DNA of 63,668 nucleotides from Octopus bimaculoides (GCF_001194135.2 NC_068981.1:141624736-141688403), one strand, 5' to 3'. Numbered from the stretch's first letter, positions 1-11,616 are shown. Translations and numbers: made by a program. The notes: generated by a model not told the origin, from the letters alone.

Positions 1-811
1 ATAATGTTGATGATAATGACGATGATGAGGAGGAGGATAATGATTATGGTGGTGGTGGTGGTGATGATGATATGCATTATCTTAGAAAAAATAACGACAT
101 CATCACAAAGGATTCTGACACTTTCCTACTTGCCACTTAACGTTTCTTCTGTTGAGATCTGTTGTGTTTCACAATTCCATATTACGCCATATGACAGCTC
201 ATTTCAACCGCGTTTGGCTGATATATACACATACAAACACATGCGTACATACAGAGGCACAAACACATTCACACATACGCAGGCACGTACTCACTCACGC
301 ACACACATGTATATACGCAGGTGTGTGTCTCTGTGTAATATGTATTGTGTATATATTTCTTCAGTTGACAACATGCCATTGTGGCTGTTACTCGTGTAAT
401 TGATTTTGCCGCTACTTTAGTTGTTGTTGTTGTTGAACTCGTGATTTGCGGGATTCCAAGAGAAGAAAGATGGCTGGAATTTTAAATATATTTCTTGTTT
501 CTTACCTGATGTCAATTTACATTCTTTCTTAAATTTCTTTCTACATTTGCATTGTGTTATACCTGTTTATTCTTCTTAAGGCGTACTTATCTATAATTGC
601 TATTTTGTGTACATTATTTTAAGTTTTTTTTTTATTTATGTTTCATTTGTTTATTACATATCGTCTTTGGAATTGCGAATATTTCACTGTATATATAAAT
701 TTGATGAATTTGGATTTCCATATCGTGGAAATGCATGTCTTTGTGTGTGTGTGTGTACACACATACACACACACGTATATATAGATAGATATATATACAT
801 GTATATACACA

Positions 812-850
<39 letters not shown>

Positions 851-851
851 C

Positions 852-1215
852 TGCCCAAGCCTTCCAGAAGGATCAGAATTCCTTTATAAAGATGGACAAA
901 GTTTCAAAATCAAATCTGATTTTACTTGTGCCACAGAAAACCTGGTTTACGAGATGCTCGGGCTGCCACCAAAACTGCATAGGGTCCATGGGATAATCGC
1001 TGAGAAGCAGATGCACTCTGCACCAGTAGCAGATTGCATTCCCAGAATACAGAATGATATGTTTTAGGAAACACATTGAGAAATGCACAAAGCAACTGCT
1101 ACCACAATTTGTAATCTTTCCATTTTATGAATGTGCCTTTGGAACACCAACACAAGTTAAATTAAATAAGGAAACCTACTTCATTAACAAATATAAGCCA
1201 AACATTTCTAGCATT
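852..1215 (+). mobile_element. Penelope-like element GIY-YIG endonuclease remnant (frameshifted, with stops)
   Basis: Frame from 852 reads CPSLPEGSEFLYKDGQSFKIKSDFTCATENLVY. After a frameshift it continues CSGCHQNCIGSMG*SLRSRCTLHQ*QIAFPEYRMICFRKHIEKC...FVIFPFYEC...KETYFINKYKPNIS. This matches the PLE pattern FTC..NLVY.I.CxxC..YIG.TG...H...E..FI.K.KP.LN. Confidence 0.8.
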
Positions 1216-1590
1216 TTTAAAGAAAGAAACTTACCTCATTAAAAAAAATTAACAGTAAAACTTAACCACATCTAACATTCTATTCTTTCTAACCCAAATC
1301 ATGTTAAATTAATAAAACCTAGTCATTACCAACTATTTTTGATTATCTCCCGTATACCGAAAAATCCCTGCTTACTCTCCCCTGTTTGGAACTCTCATAC
1401 TTCACCTCATAGCGAAGAAATGACAAAATGTCAGTCAAGAAATTTGAGACATTTGAAAAGAAAATACGAAACCGGTTATTTCTTCCAAAACAATGTTACT
1501 ATACACAAAATGTTATAATATATATATATATATTACGGAGATGTACTTGCATAGCAAGTGACGTGATCCGAGATCATGTGCTGAAACAAA

Positions 1591-1783
1591 AACAATTGCA
1601 GCGTGGAAGGTGTTTATAAGCCATTTAAAGTGATGCAGCACGGAATTTTCTCAGTGAATAGGCTACGGTCTCAAAGCGACGAAAACATATTTGGGCAAAT
1701 TAAACTTAAATGTTGAAGTGAATCTAACGGTTTTTGTGCGTGTTTAAAAATGGCTTATAAACTCCTTCCACGCTGCACTTGTT
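1591..1783. repeat. Short inverted-repeat element (about 36-bp arms)
   Basis: TGCAGCGTGGAAGGTGTTTATAAGCCATTT (1597-1626) vs AAATGGCTTATAAACTCCTTCCACGCTGCA (1748-1777): 29/30 complementary, extendable to 1591/1783. Confidence 0.8.
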
Positions 1784-1940
1784 GCAGTTTGTGTTTATAT
1801 ANNNNNNNNNNNNNNNNNNNNNNNNNNNNNNNNNNNNNNNNNNNNNNNNNNNNNNNNNNNNNNNNNNNNNNNNNNNNNNNNNNNNNNNNNNNNNNNNNNN
1901 NNNNNNNNNNNNNNNNNNNNNNNNNNNNNNNNNNNNNNNN

Positions 1941-1975
<35 letters not shown>

Positions 1976-2343
1976 GGAACAAAAGCGCAATAGAGAAAAA
2001 TAAAACATTCGGACAGAAATAGCCACAATTAGAAGGACTGGGAGAAAAGGATGGGTCATTCGTGGCCTTCTATCTTCAATCAAGTTACAAGATGTTGTTA
2101 TAGTTTCGGGTTTTTAGACTTGAGACTGTTCGATCTAGTTGTCCCTCCCCCAAAAAAAGATCTAAGTTAAGAGCATTAGAATTTTTATGAGGAAGCTAGC
2201 GAATGTGTACGGCAGCAAAGACAAAACACGGAGAAAATGGTACACAATTACAATTACAAACCACAAGAATATAACGACAGGTGTCTTTCGATTGAGGACA
2301 TATATATATATATGTATGTATATCATATTATATTGTAGTATAT

Positions 2344-2588
2344 TATCTTTTATCAGTTACTTGTTTCATTCAAGGTTATTTTAGTCGAATGAATCAACGG
2401 CAGGGTTTATGTCTTTAAAGCCTAGTACTTATTCTATCGGTCTTTTCTCGGATTGCTAATTTACAGAAACGTAAGTACATCGACACTGGTTCTCAAGCGT
2501 TGGTCGGGGAAACGCGGAGAAACAAACACACGCACACACACACACACACGCACGCACCCACATGCACACACACACACACACTCACACA

Positions 2589-2625
<37 letters not shown>

Positions 2626-2756
2626 ACACACACATATATATGACAAGCATCTTTCAATTTCCGTCTGCCATATCCAATAACAAGGCTACGGTCGGCCCGA
2701 GGCTATGGTAGAAGACACTTGCCCAATGTGCCACGAACCTGGATCCTGGGAACGAT
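2344..2756 (-). mobile_element. tRNA-derived SINE family C with internal (CA)n; head truncated
   Basis: Minus strand carries a GGCAC-TTGGGCAAGTGTCTTCTAC..TAGCCTCGGGCCGACC core, an internal (TG)n tract at about 2525-2635, then a CCGATAGAATAAGTACTAGGCT...GAAACAAGTAA tail. A similar tail occurs at about 52910-53060. Confidence 0.7.
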
Positions 2757-2964
2757 ATCCTATTGTTATATTGTTTGTGTGTGTGTGTGTGTAAAGCGAA
2801 AAATAGAGAGAGAGATAGAAAAAAGATACGAAAATGTAATAAGGCTGATAAACAGTTAGGATTGAGAGATATAGCCGCCAAGCTTATTTGGCTTTCATGC
2901 ATTCACTCTGTATTCATATATATGGATGTATATAGTGAATAGAATAGACAGATATATGATTTGT

Positions 2965-3291
2965 TGGCGGTTTCTATTGGAAGACCGGTCGTTGTCAGTG
3001 TTTATTGATCGAAAACACCTAAAGCACCACGAGGCTCCGGTAGGGTGGTAACGAACCCTGCTGTGCTCTTTCACCACAACTTTCTCTCACTCTTTCATCC
3101 TGTTTCTGTTGTACCTGTATTCAAAGGGCCAGCCTTGCCACACTCTGTGTCACGCTGTATCTCTCCGAGAACTACGTTAAAGGTACACGAGTCTGTAGAG
3201 TGCTCAGCCACTTGCACGTTAATTTCACGAGCAGGCTGTTCCGTTGATCGGATCAACTGGAACCCTCGACGTCATAACCGACGGAGTGCCA
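2965..3291 (+). mobile_element. SINE with tail type 2 (shared with 23225-23390)
   Basis: 3118-3291 aligns to the reverse complement of 23225-23390 (AAAGGGCCAGCCTT, GTCTGTAGAGT.CTCA.CCACT, TTTCACGAG, ATCAACTGGAAC), but the upstream core differs. Confidence 0.65.
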
Positions 3292-3505
3292 CGATTGTAA
3301 TCTATGTTAAGTCTAACCGCATCGATTTTTAATGAGCACCTAGAATTACATCAGGTAAGCAATCCTACTGACTTTTATTCGATTGATATAGCTTAGGTTC
3401 GCTTCTCTAGGTTGTGAGTATCTTACCAACTGTTTATCTAATATAGCAAAACTGAATATAGATATTTGCACATCTGCATATCCTATCATTATTATTATGA
3501 TTATG

Positions 3506-3561
<56 letters not shown>

Positions 3562-3602
3562 CATTAATATTATTGGTGTTGTTGTTGTTGTTATTGTTCC
3601 TA

Positions 3603-3793
3603 CAGTCAAATTACAGCATATTCCATTTAAATTTGCCCGACGCACGTACGCGATTTCGCTTCAATCCACTTTAGTGAATGGACCTTAAATAAACTAATCA
3701 CTAGTTGAATGCAATTGGATGCAAATGCAATCGGTAGAATGCAGCAGAAATGTGCGTCGGGAAAATTTAAATCGAATATGTTGTAAGTGACTG
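3603..3793. mobile_element. Tc1/pogo-type MITE, about 43-bp TIRs, TA TSD
   Basis: TA|CAGTCAAATTACAGCATATTCCATTTAAATTTGCCCGACGCAC ... GTGCGTCGGGAAAATTTAAATCGAATATGTTGTAAGTGACTG|TA. TA is at 3601-3602 and 3794-3795. Confidence 0.8.
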
Positions 3794-4374
3794 TAGAAAA
3801 AATAACGAGAAACATTATTCAGATGTACTAATCTCCAAATTCAATGTTATGTATGTGTATATCAATCTACCAAGCTCCACATATATATGCAGGCGCATGC
3901 ATGTGAATGTGTGTGTATATATACACAATGACACACATTCAACTACATACACCCATATATATACACACACATTCGCGTGCGCACGCACACACACATACAC
4001 ACACACAATCATACACACATAAACACACATTGAAACTCTATGAGACTTACTTCATACAGGCTTTGATGTGTGCAGGTGATTTTTTATAGCATTAGTTTTT
4101 TTTTTTTTAATGTTATGAAATATTTTATGGGGAAGTTACTAACCTTTTGGGGGATTTTTTTTTCTTATTGACCTATATATATAGATAGGTAAATTGTTAG
4201 GTAGGTCGATTGACATGTATGTATGCATTTATGTATGTATGTATGTATGTATGTATGTATGTATGTATGTAGGTCTGTCTGTATGCATGTATGCATGTTG
4301 GTAGGTTGTTACGTAGGTAGACTGGTAAGTAGGTAAGTAGGCAGTTAGGTAGGAGGCTATGTAGGTGTGAAGTG

Positions 4375-4640
4375 CATAACTTATTGGTTAACGTGTTGTC
4401 CGTTCCAGCATAACTTTGAAGTTTCGTTTCCTAATAGGACGATACAGTTTTTCTGAAAGAAAGGCGCTTCAATTCATGTTACTCCGGTCGATTCAGATGA
4501 AAGTAAGTAATACTACACTGCTGATACAACCCTCTCATCTTTAGCAGGCATACCCCCAATATTCCTTTGGGCCAATGGTGGAATGGAGAGAGAGTGTCTG
4601 TCTATGTTTCTTTGCGAGTAGAGACAACTCTACTCTGTTA
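4375..4640 (+). mobile_element. Degenerate SINE (family B-like core)
   Basis: CTTCAATTCATGTTACTCCGGTCGATTCAGATG resembles the core seen at 14900-15000 and 32380-32430. Confidence 0.35.
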
Positions 4641-6245
4641 TATCAGGCTCGCTTTTTCAGAGACGTCTAAGTTATAAATGTTTACATGTATATGTATGTT
4701 TGTAGGTTTGTGTGTTTGTTTGTGCATGCCTGTGCACGTGTCCGTATGTGTGTATGAATGAAAGTACGTACATGTATGCGTTTGTTTTGTTGTTGATATT
4801 TTTCTGCGTGACTAGCAGTTTTACAAGTACATTCTTTCATTTGTATGTGGTAAGTTAAATTTATATTTGTGAAACTGAGAATATATTTGCATAATTTTAA
4901 GTTGCAAAGTGGAAAGTGATGTTGTACTCAAACCAGAATAAGAAGAAAATATTGAAATGTGCATACACACACGTAATTACTCGCACGTATGCAGACAAAC
5001 ATATATATACACGTATGGTAGATATGTTAGTAGAGATGTACACTCAATCAGTAAGAGAAGCGTGCGTACAGGCACGTAATTCCCTGCTGAAATGCCGACC
5101 ATTCATATACATAGCTATGCATGCACACAATTATACTGACATAAACAATCACGCACACGCACACGCACACACATACACACACATACACACATAGATGCAG
5201 TGGTAGGGTGATTACCGGAATGAGAGAATGAGTGAATGAAGAATTGAGAAAAGTTAAGACACATGTGTATACGTATAGTTGAGTGCTTGTACAAATTACT
5301 AAGAATGTATAATAATTTACAAATACAAATAAGTGTATATGCGCATGCCATTGTTTTAACAGAAACGCTCCACACGCTTTGTGCGTGTCTAAGTGTGTTT
5401 GAAAATCTCTACATCAGATTCTCGTCAAAAGTAAAAATCTGGGATGGTTAGAAACCGACAAGTGGCACGTAACTACATTAGATAAAGGTGTAACATATAA
5501 TTAGCTTCATGATAGAATTTGATGGCCCGCGGTTCAATTAACACACCCAACTTCCTGTTATCGTAAACACTTCCTTTAGAGAGTAGTCTTCAAGTATGTC
5601 TTAATGCAATTAGCCAGATCCAACAATTTTACTCTATTCCTACCATATTTCTCAACCACCTGCACTTAACAACTAAATTATGCCAGACTTTCGAGATTGT
5701 TCTGATCGATATTTGAACAATTATTTGAATAATGTTTTTAACCAAGAATCTCTAACTAGATAAAGACAGTGGATGAATGTTTTCTTCAAGACAGTAAGTT
5801 ATTGGTAGCAACTGTTAATATGTGTATTACTATGTCATAGAATCACCATCTAATTGTCTATCAATAAGATTGAGTAACTTTGCTCTTGTAGGTAATGCTT
5901 TAGAAGTCTCGATGAATGTAATTTTCTTTCTATTACCTTTATGCTATGTGTATATATATTTATTTATATGCGTACATAAATGGATGCATAAGCAGCAAGC
6001 TGTTTTCTGACTAAACATTACATACAAGATGTATATTTCGAATGTTAAATATATATACGTCATCAATCGGAAGTTTATTTCTATTTCCGACTGTTTTAGA
6101 TTGTCTGAGTGGTTAATTTACCATTGTGCTGTTCTCTAATTCCTTCAATCCCTCACCCTGTATTTTTTGGGGAATTTTGTTGAATAAAATGTATTATCTA
6201 CCAATGTTTATCTAGGTAGACTTTTTTCGTGTTGCGCTGACCATA

Positions 6246-6665
6246 TACGCGGACTGATCAATATATATCCAGACTGTTGGCATCGTAACGAAGCTAAAGC
6301 ACGCAGAGTGACGCCACTTGACAAAGATTGACCTTTAACTCTGTTGCGCACCAAGTCTTAACGTCTAGCTCTCTTCCGCTGTTTACAGCAATGCTTGGAA
6401 GGAAGGTGTATAGCGTGTGTTTGTCGCATTGACCATGATAAGGAAAGTTGTCATCGTGATACCTGCTCAGAGGCCAACGTAAAGTTGCAGAAAGTGTATG
6501 GATAGGAGTGTATGAACCGCACACGAGTGTACGAGTGGTTCAGATTTTTCCAGGATGGCCTAAAATGTCGATATTGACAAAAACAGAACAGAGGCAAACA
6601 TCCCAGGTGTGCGTGCAGCTGTGAAAGGAAATCGTCGAATCACCATCCATGAGTCATTAGCTGAC
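6246..6665 (+). mobile_element. Mariner 5' fragment (TIR plus HTH remnant)
   Basis: Starts TACGCGGACTGATCAATATATATCCAGACT. Translation ...LQKVYG*ECMNRTRVYEWFRFFQDG...VRAAVKGNRRITIHE matches the mariner HTH region. No 3' TIR was seen. Confidence 0.7.
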
Positions 6666-6742
6666 TAAAAAGACACTCGGGATTAAGTTGTACAATATCC
6701 CCTAGATTGTGTCGAGAATGATGAAAACTTCTCGAAAATTTT

Positions 6743-6804
6743 GCAGACGAATTACCGCTAAGCATTTCGCCCGGCGTGCTAACGTTTCTGCTAGCTCGCC
6801 GCCT
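6743..6804 (-). mobile_element. SINE family A head fragment
   Basis: Minus strand reads AGGCGGCGAGCTAGCAGAAACGTTAGCACGCCGGGCGAAATGCTTAGCGGTAATTCGTCTGC, the same head as at 55050-55110. Confidence 0.75.
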
Positions 6805-7444
6805 TCAATATTGTAAATATCGACACAGCTTTGCCCAAATAGAAGTTGTGATTGGTGTCTAACATATGGAAATGCAGAGTTACAAATGATAATGAAAATA
6901 GATTTTAGAGTTTAGTTTCCCAAAGCTTGTTATTGCATTTTTAGTTATGCAATGCATTTAATCAAACTCTAGAGACTGCATCATAGTCATCGCATATACA
7001 TAGATCATTCAGTTGAAACAATGTGGCGTCAAGTAAAATCATTGAATATTTTAAAATTCAAAAATATCACTAATAGTGAAGTAATTGAATGTAAATTAAG
7101 AGGACTCAATAATGATTTTGTTTGGATTATTTACTTTTATATTTAGTTATATATTAAAGCGAACTAAATAATGTAAACGATTAGAAATAAAAACTAGTTA
7201 GGAGAAAGACGATGAAAATAACATAACGATGAAACTAATACATTTAATTTCGCATTTTTCTTTCTTTTTTTCTTTGCTTTTAAAACTACATTAGTTACGA
7301 ATCTAAGTGACAAATTTATTTTTGATTGTAAAGATTTTGCTCCGATCAAGATAAGTTTCGTTATAACTTTCAAAAATATACTATTAATAAATGTTTATAG
7401 ATTATTATCTAATAAATCCTTGTTTATATTTTTTAATCGTACAT

Positions 7445-7543
<99 letters not shown>

Positions 7544-7763
7544 CAGAGACAGAGACAGACAGACAGAGGCACAAGCATGGTTCAGAGGTTAAGAAATTCG
7601 CTTAGCAACGATGGGGCAATAAGGTTCAGTTTCCTCCTTAGAATCATAATTAATACACTCAGGCATTCGTTAGCATGAGGATATAAGTTAAATTTTTACT
7701 GTGGGTGGCAATTCCCATTCGGAGCTCGTTGTATGCATGTATGAATGTGTCTGTGTGTTTGTA

Positions 7764-7794
<31 letters not shown>

Positions 7795-7797
<3 letters not shown>

Positions 7798-8565
7798 TAG
7801 TTTTATTTTTATAACGTGCTTTCACTTCACTACCGAGCGCAGCTCTGTGCGCCTTGGGTATGTGCTGTGGTTTGCTGTGGTGCTCTTATGTTTACTGTAT
7901 TGAAAGTGTTTTGCGTAGAATGTGTGCAGTACCCAGTAGTGCAATTTTCTGTATGTTATATATATTTGTAAGTCCTGGTGTTTTTGTTATGTATTTGTCT
8001 GAATATTTTTTTATTATACCTAAGGCACCTACTATGATAGGAATTGTTTCTGTTTTTAGATTCCACATTCGAGTTATCTCTATTTCCAGGTCTTTGTATT
8101 NNNNNNNNNNNNNNNNNNNNNNNNNNNNNNNNNNNNNNNNNNNNNNNNNNNNNNNNNNNNNNNNNNNNNNNNNNNNNNNNNNNNNNNNNNNNNNNNNNNN
8201 NNNNNNNNNNNNNNNNNNNNNNNNNNNNNNNNNNNNNNNNNNNNNNNNNNNNNNNNNNNNNNNNNNNNNNNNNNNNNNNNNNNNNNNNNNNNNNNNNNNN
8301 NNNNNNNNNNNNNNNNNNNNNNNNNNNNNNNNNNNNNNNNNNNNNNNNNNNNNNNNNNNNNNNNNNNNNNNNNNNNNNNNNNNNNNNNNNNNNNNNNNNN
8401 NNNNNNNNNNNNNNNNNNNNNNNNNNNNNNNNNNNNNNNNNNNNNNNNNNNNNNNNNNNNNNNNNNNNNNNNNNNNNNNNNNNNNNNNNNNNNNNNNNNN
8501 NNNNNNNNNNNNNNNNNNNNNNNNNNNNNNNNNNNNNNNNNNNNNNNNNNNNGAGATAATGTCCA
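7795..8565 (-). mobile_element. 5'-truncated R4/Dong(Rex6)-type non-LTR retrotransposon 3' end within (TAA)n; spans a gap
   Basis: Stop-free YKDLEIEITRMWNLKTETIPIIVGALGIIKK...IQKIALLGTAHILRKTL is the RLE-domain C-terminus. A ~100-bp 3'UTR follows, and there is (TAA)n on both sides (7764-7794 and 8566-8716). Confidence 0.85.
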
Positions 8566-8639
<74 letters not shown>

Positions 8640-8659
8640 CATCATTATCATTATTATTA

Positions 8660-8714
<55 letters not shown>

Positions 8715-8718
8715 TATT

Positions 8719-8788
8719 TCGATATTTTGTGTGTCTTCCAAGCGTTCAAAAAATAAATTTGTCAATCTACTTCATTTTGGTCAATATA
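8719..8788. repeat. Half-copy of the foldback element at 8959-9157
   Basis: TCGATATTTTGTGTGTCTTCCA...TTGTCAATCTACTTCATTTTGGT aligns to the reverse complement of 9050-9117. Confidence 0.65.
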
Positions 8789-8864
8789 GAAAGGATTGAT
8801 GTAACTCCTCTTCTTTTAATTTTGACTCTATATCTTCAGGAGGAGTTACCTCAATCCTTTCTAT
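8786..8864. repeat. Hairpin with 24-bp arms
   Basis: ATAGAAAGGATTGATGTAACTCCT (8786-8809) vs AGGAGTTACCTCAATCCTTTCTAT (8841-8864): 23/24 complementary. Confidence 0.75.
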
Positions 8865-8886
8865 TTCATTATTATTAATATTATTA

Positions 8887-8933
<47 letters not shown>

Positions 8934-8958
8934 AATAATAATAATAATGATAATAATA

Positions 8959-9157
8959 GAAACAATTGAGAGCGATTGTTTTCAAATGAACAATAATTCG
9001 ACATTTTGTGTGTCTTCCACAGGTTCAAATATAAACTTCAATCGTATATATATTACCAAAAATGGAGTAGATTGACAAGTCTATTTTTGATCCTGTGGAA
9101 GATACACGAGATGTCGAGATATTGTTCATTTGATAACAGTCGCAATCTTCTTGTTTC
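8959..9157. mobile_element. About 200-bp foldback/MITE-like element
   Basis: 8998-9029 vs 9086-9117 is 28/32 complementary. The arms extend outward (TCAAATGAACAATA / TATTGTTCATTTGA; GAAACAA / TTGTTTC) and inward to a ~26-nt loop. ATA flanks both ends. Confidence 0.7.
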
Positions 9158-9219
9158 ATAATCAATGCCCTGATGCAATACCAGGCAATGACTTTCATGG
9201 CTTTTTATCTTTACTGACT

Positions 9220-9714
9220 GGAAGTGTTATCGTGTAAATTACTTTGTCTTGGCATAAAACAGATGGGCTACAGCAAATATTCAGCTCAATACCAGAGTTT
9301 TGCTTGTCAGTTATTTGACCTTAACCAGTTGAGCATGTTCCTTAGTGGCTACCGATTTGCATCTACTATTGGGGAGCATCATAGCCATGTGTTCAGAGGA
9401 ATTCTTTTGGAGTTTGGAAAATTCACCTTCGGAAACAAGGGTGTTTTGTTCAACATCCTTTGATAACCCTTATTCAGGGACCTATTGAGCGGGATGGGCT
9501 ACTCAACCTGAAGAAAATTCTAGCTAGGCCCCACCTTAAAGGTCATGCGCTGTTTATCTTGATATAAAATCACGATGTCGCGCATATATGGTTGTAATGC
9601 ATGTGCCTGGTGTACCCTTATCAAATGGGTAGTCGTGATGGGTATACTGGGCTTTGTTTTTTGTTTTTTACCCCAGTGTCACTTTGATAGCATGTATTGC
9701 TCATTCACTCAATA

Positions 9715-9716
<2 letters not shown>
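9220..9716 (+). mobile_element. About 500-bp (TAA)n-tailed dispersed non-coding retro-element (copy 1)
   Basis: Aligns over more than 300 bp with 63328-63668 and ends in (TAA)n at 9716-9773. No recognisable ORF or Pol III boxes. Confidence 0.7.
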
Positions 9717-9773
<57 letters not shown>

Positions 9774-9774
<1 letters not shown>

Positions 9775-10434
9775 CACATCGGAAAGGGATAAGTGCAGAA
9801 TCTCTGGACAAAACGGTGAAATCGTGTGGCATATTACCAGCCAATGTACGCCACTAGCCCAGAAGGAATATAAGAGACGCCGCGGCAATATAACCAGGCT
9901 TGTCTATTGGCCACTTTGCAACACGTATGGACTTGGCAGAGCAAAAAATTGGTACGACCACAAACCTGAAGGCATTGTCGAAAATAGAAATGCAAATCTC
10001 CTATGGGATATTATGATTCAGTCCGACTATGAGATTGAGAATAGGAAGCTGAACATAGTCTTACTTGAGAAAGAAAACAAACTATGCTGGACCATAGACA
10101 TAGCATGCCCAGCAGACAACAAGGTATGCGATAAGGAAGACAGAAAAGTCGAGAGAGATATGACAGGTTAGCTTGGGCAGTTAAGCAGTTGTGGTCGATG
10201 GAAAAGGTAGCAGTAGTACCAATAATTGTCGGAGCCCTGGGAACAGTGAGCAAAAATATCCAGAAGTACGTGGAACAAATAGGGGCTGCAATAAGAGTGG
10301 AGCACTTACGGCACTGCTTCGAACCGCTCGAATACTCCAGAAGGTGCTCCAAAAATAAGGGGTGTCACCTTAGTTCACTGGTAATGGACAGCTGACACTG
10401 TAGTACACCTCCATCGTTAGAAGCTGTGCAGAAG
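9774..10434 (+). mobile_element. 5'-truncated R4/Dong-type LINE (CCHC plus RLE region), decayed
   Basis: CRISGQNGEIVWHITSQCTPLAQKEYKRR...WYDHKPEGIVEN...LLWDIMIQSD..IENRKLNIV...IDIACPAD..V.DKE, then VVPIIVGALG. Preceded by (TAA)n and followed by (CAC)n(CAA)n(TAA)n. Confidence 0.85.
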
Positions 10435-10465
10435 CAACAACACCACCACAACCACCACCACCACC

Positions 10466-10547
<82 letters not shown>

Positions 10548-11515
10548 TAGGTAGCCTGTTAGCAAATAAAAACTTAAAGATAAATTTACAATCAAGAGTA
10601 CAAAATAGTACCAGCATTTNNNNNNNNNNNNNNNNNNNNNNNNNNNNNNNNNNNNNNNNNNNNNNNNNNNNNNNNNNNNNNNNNNNNNNNNNNNNNNNNN
10701 NNNNNNNNNNNNNNNNNNNNNNNNNNNNNNNNNNNNNNNNNNNNNNNNNNNNNNNNNNNNNNNNNNNNNNNNNNNNNNNNNNNNNNNNNNNNNNNNNNNN
10801 NNNNNNNNNNNNNNNNNNNNNNNNNNNNGGCACTGCTTAAAAAGTGTCAGATTTTCTCTTCGTAATCAAAATTCATATCGTTAGATTCATTTTAATCTTG
10901 CCTTAGTAGATACACAAGACCACTTCGCCTTTGTTTCTATCACAGCAGAATAACTTTTCATTTTCGACTCTATTTTCATAATGCATTCAATTCAGTGGTG
11001 CAAAAGAATCTAGGACACAAATATTTCGATATATTGTATCTCTTCAGATAAGTAGTAATCTGAGTAACAAAACTGATGAGAGCAGAGAGCACTAGTTAGA
11101 GCTGGAAAAATAAGATCAAATCAGCTAAGAGTTTGTTCGCTGAAATTATAAACAATCCCATCGATTTTCGTCAGATTCTTTTTCTCACTTTAAGGACACA
11201 TGTCGATGCGCAGGTGTCCCAGAATATATTGCACTATGTAATAGAATGGTATGAATACAGTCGGAAAGGAGGAGTGGTTCTCCTGTGGCAGACAAAACGG
11301 CGATTAACAAATTGGTCTCGAATCTTGCTGAGAGCTTTTGGAAATAAATATGCAAGTTTTAAGCATAAATACGCAAGTTTCGGTTGTCGCTGTTCACCTC
11401 GCAAATAAATCTTTTCTATACGTGTGTGTATACGCATGTCTATGGCAATATACGTTTGTACACACACACGCAGAGACACAAACACACACTCAGATACACT
11501 GGTAAACACACACGC

Positions 11516-11606
<91 letters not shown>

Positions 11607-11616
11607 AACAGATATA

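Noticed and set aside
1405-1450. GCGAAGA-(TGAC/GTCA hairpin)-GAAA downstream of the Penelope endonuclease
   Set aside because: It could be a decayed hammerhead, but core positions 3-4 are wrong, stem II does not abut GAAA, and there is no stem III/NUH.
11370-11410. Minus-strand GTGAACA...GAAA motif similar to the 1654 core
   Set aside because: There is no stem II and no room for stem III, so it is probably coincidental.
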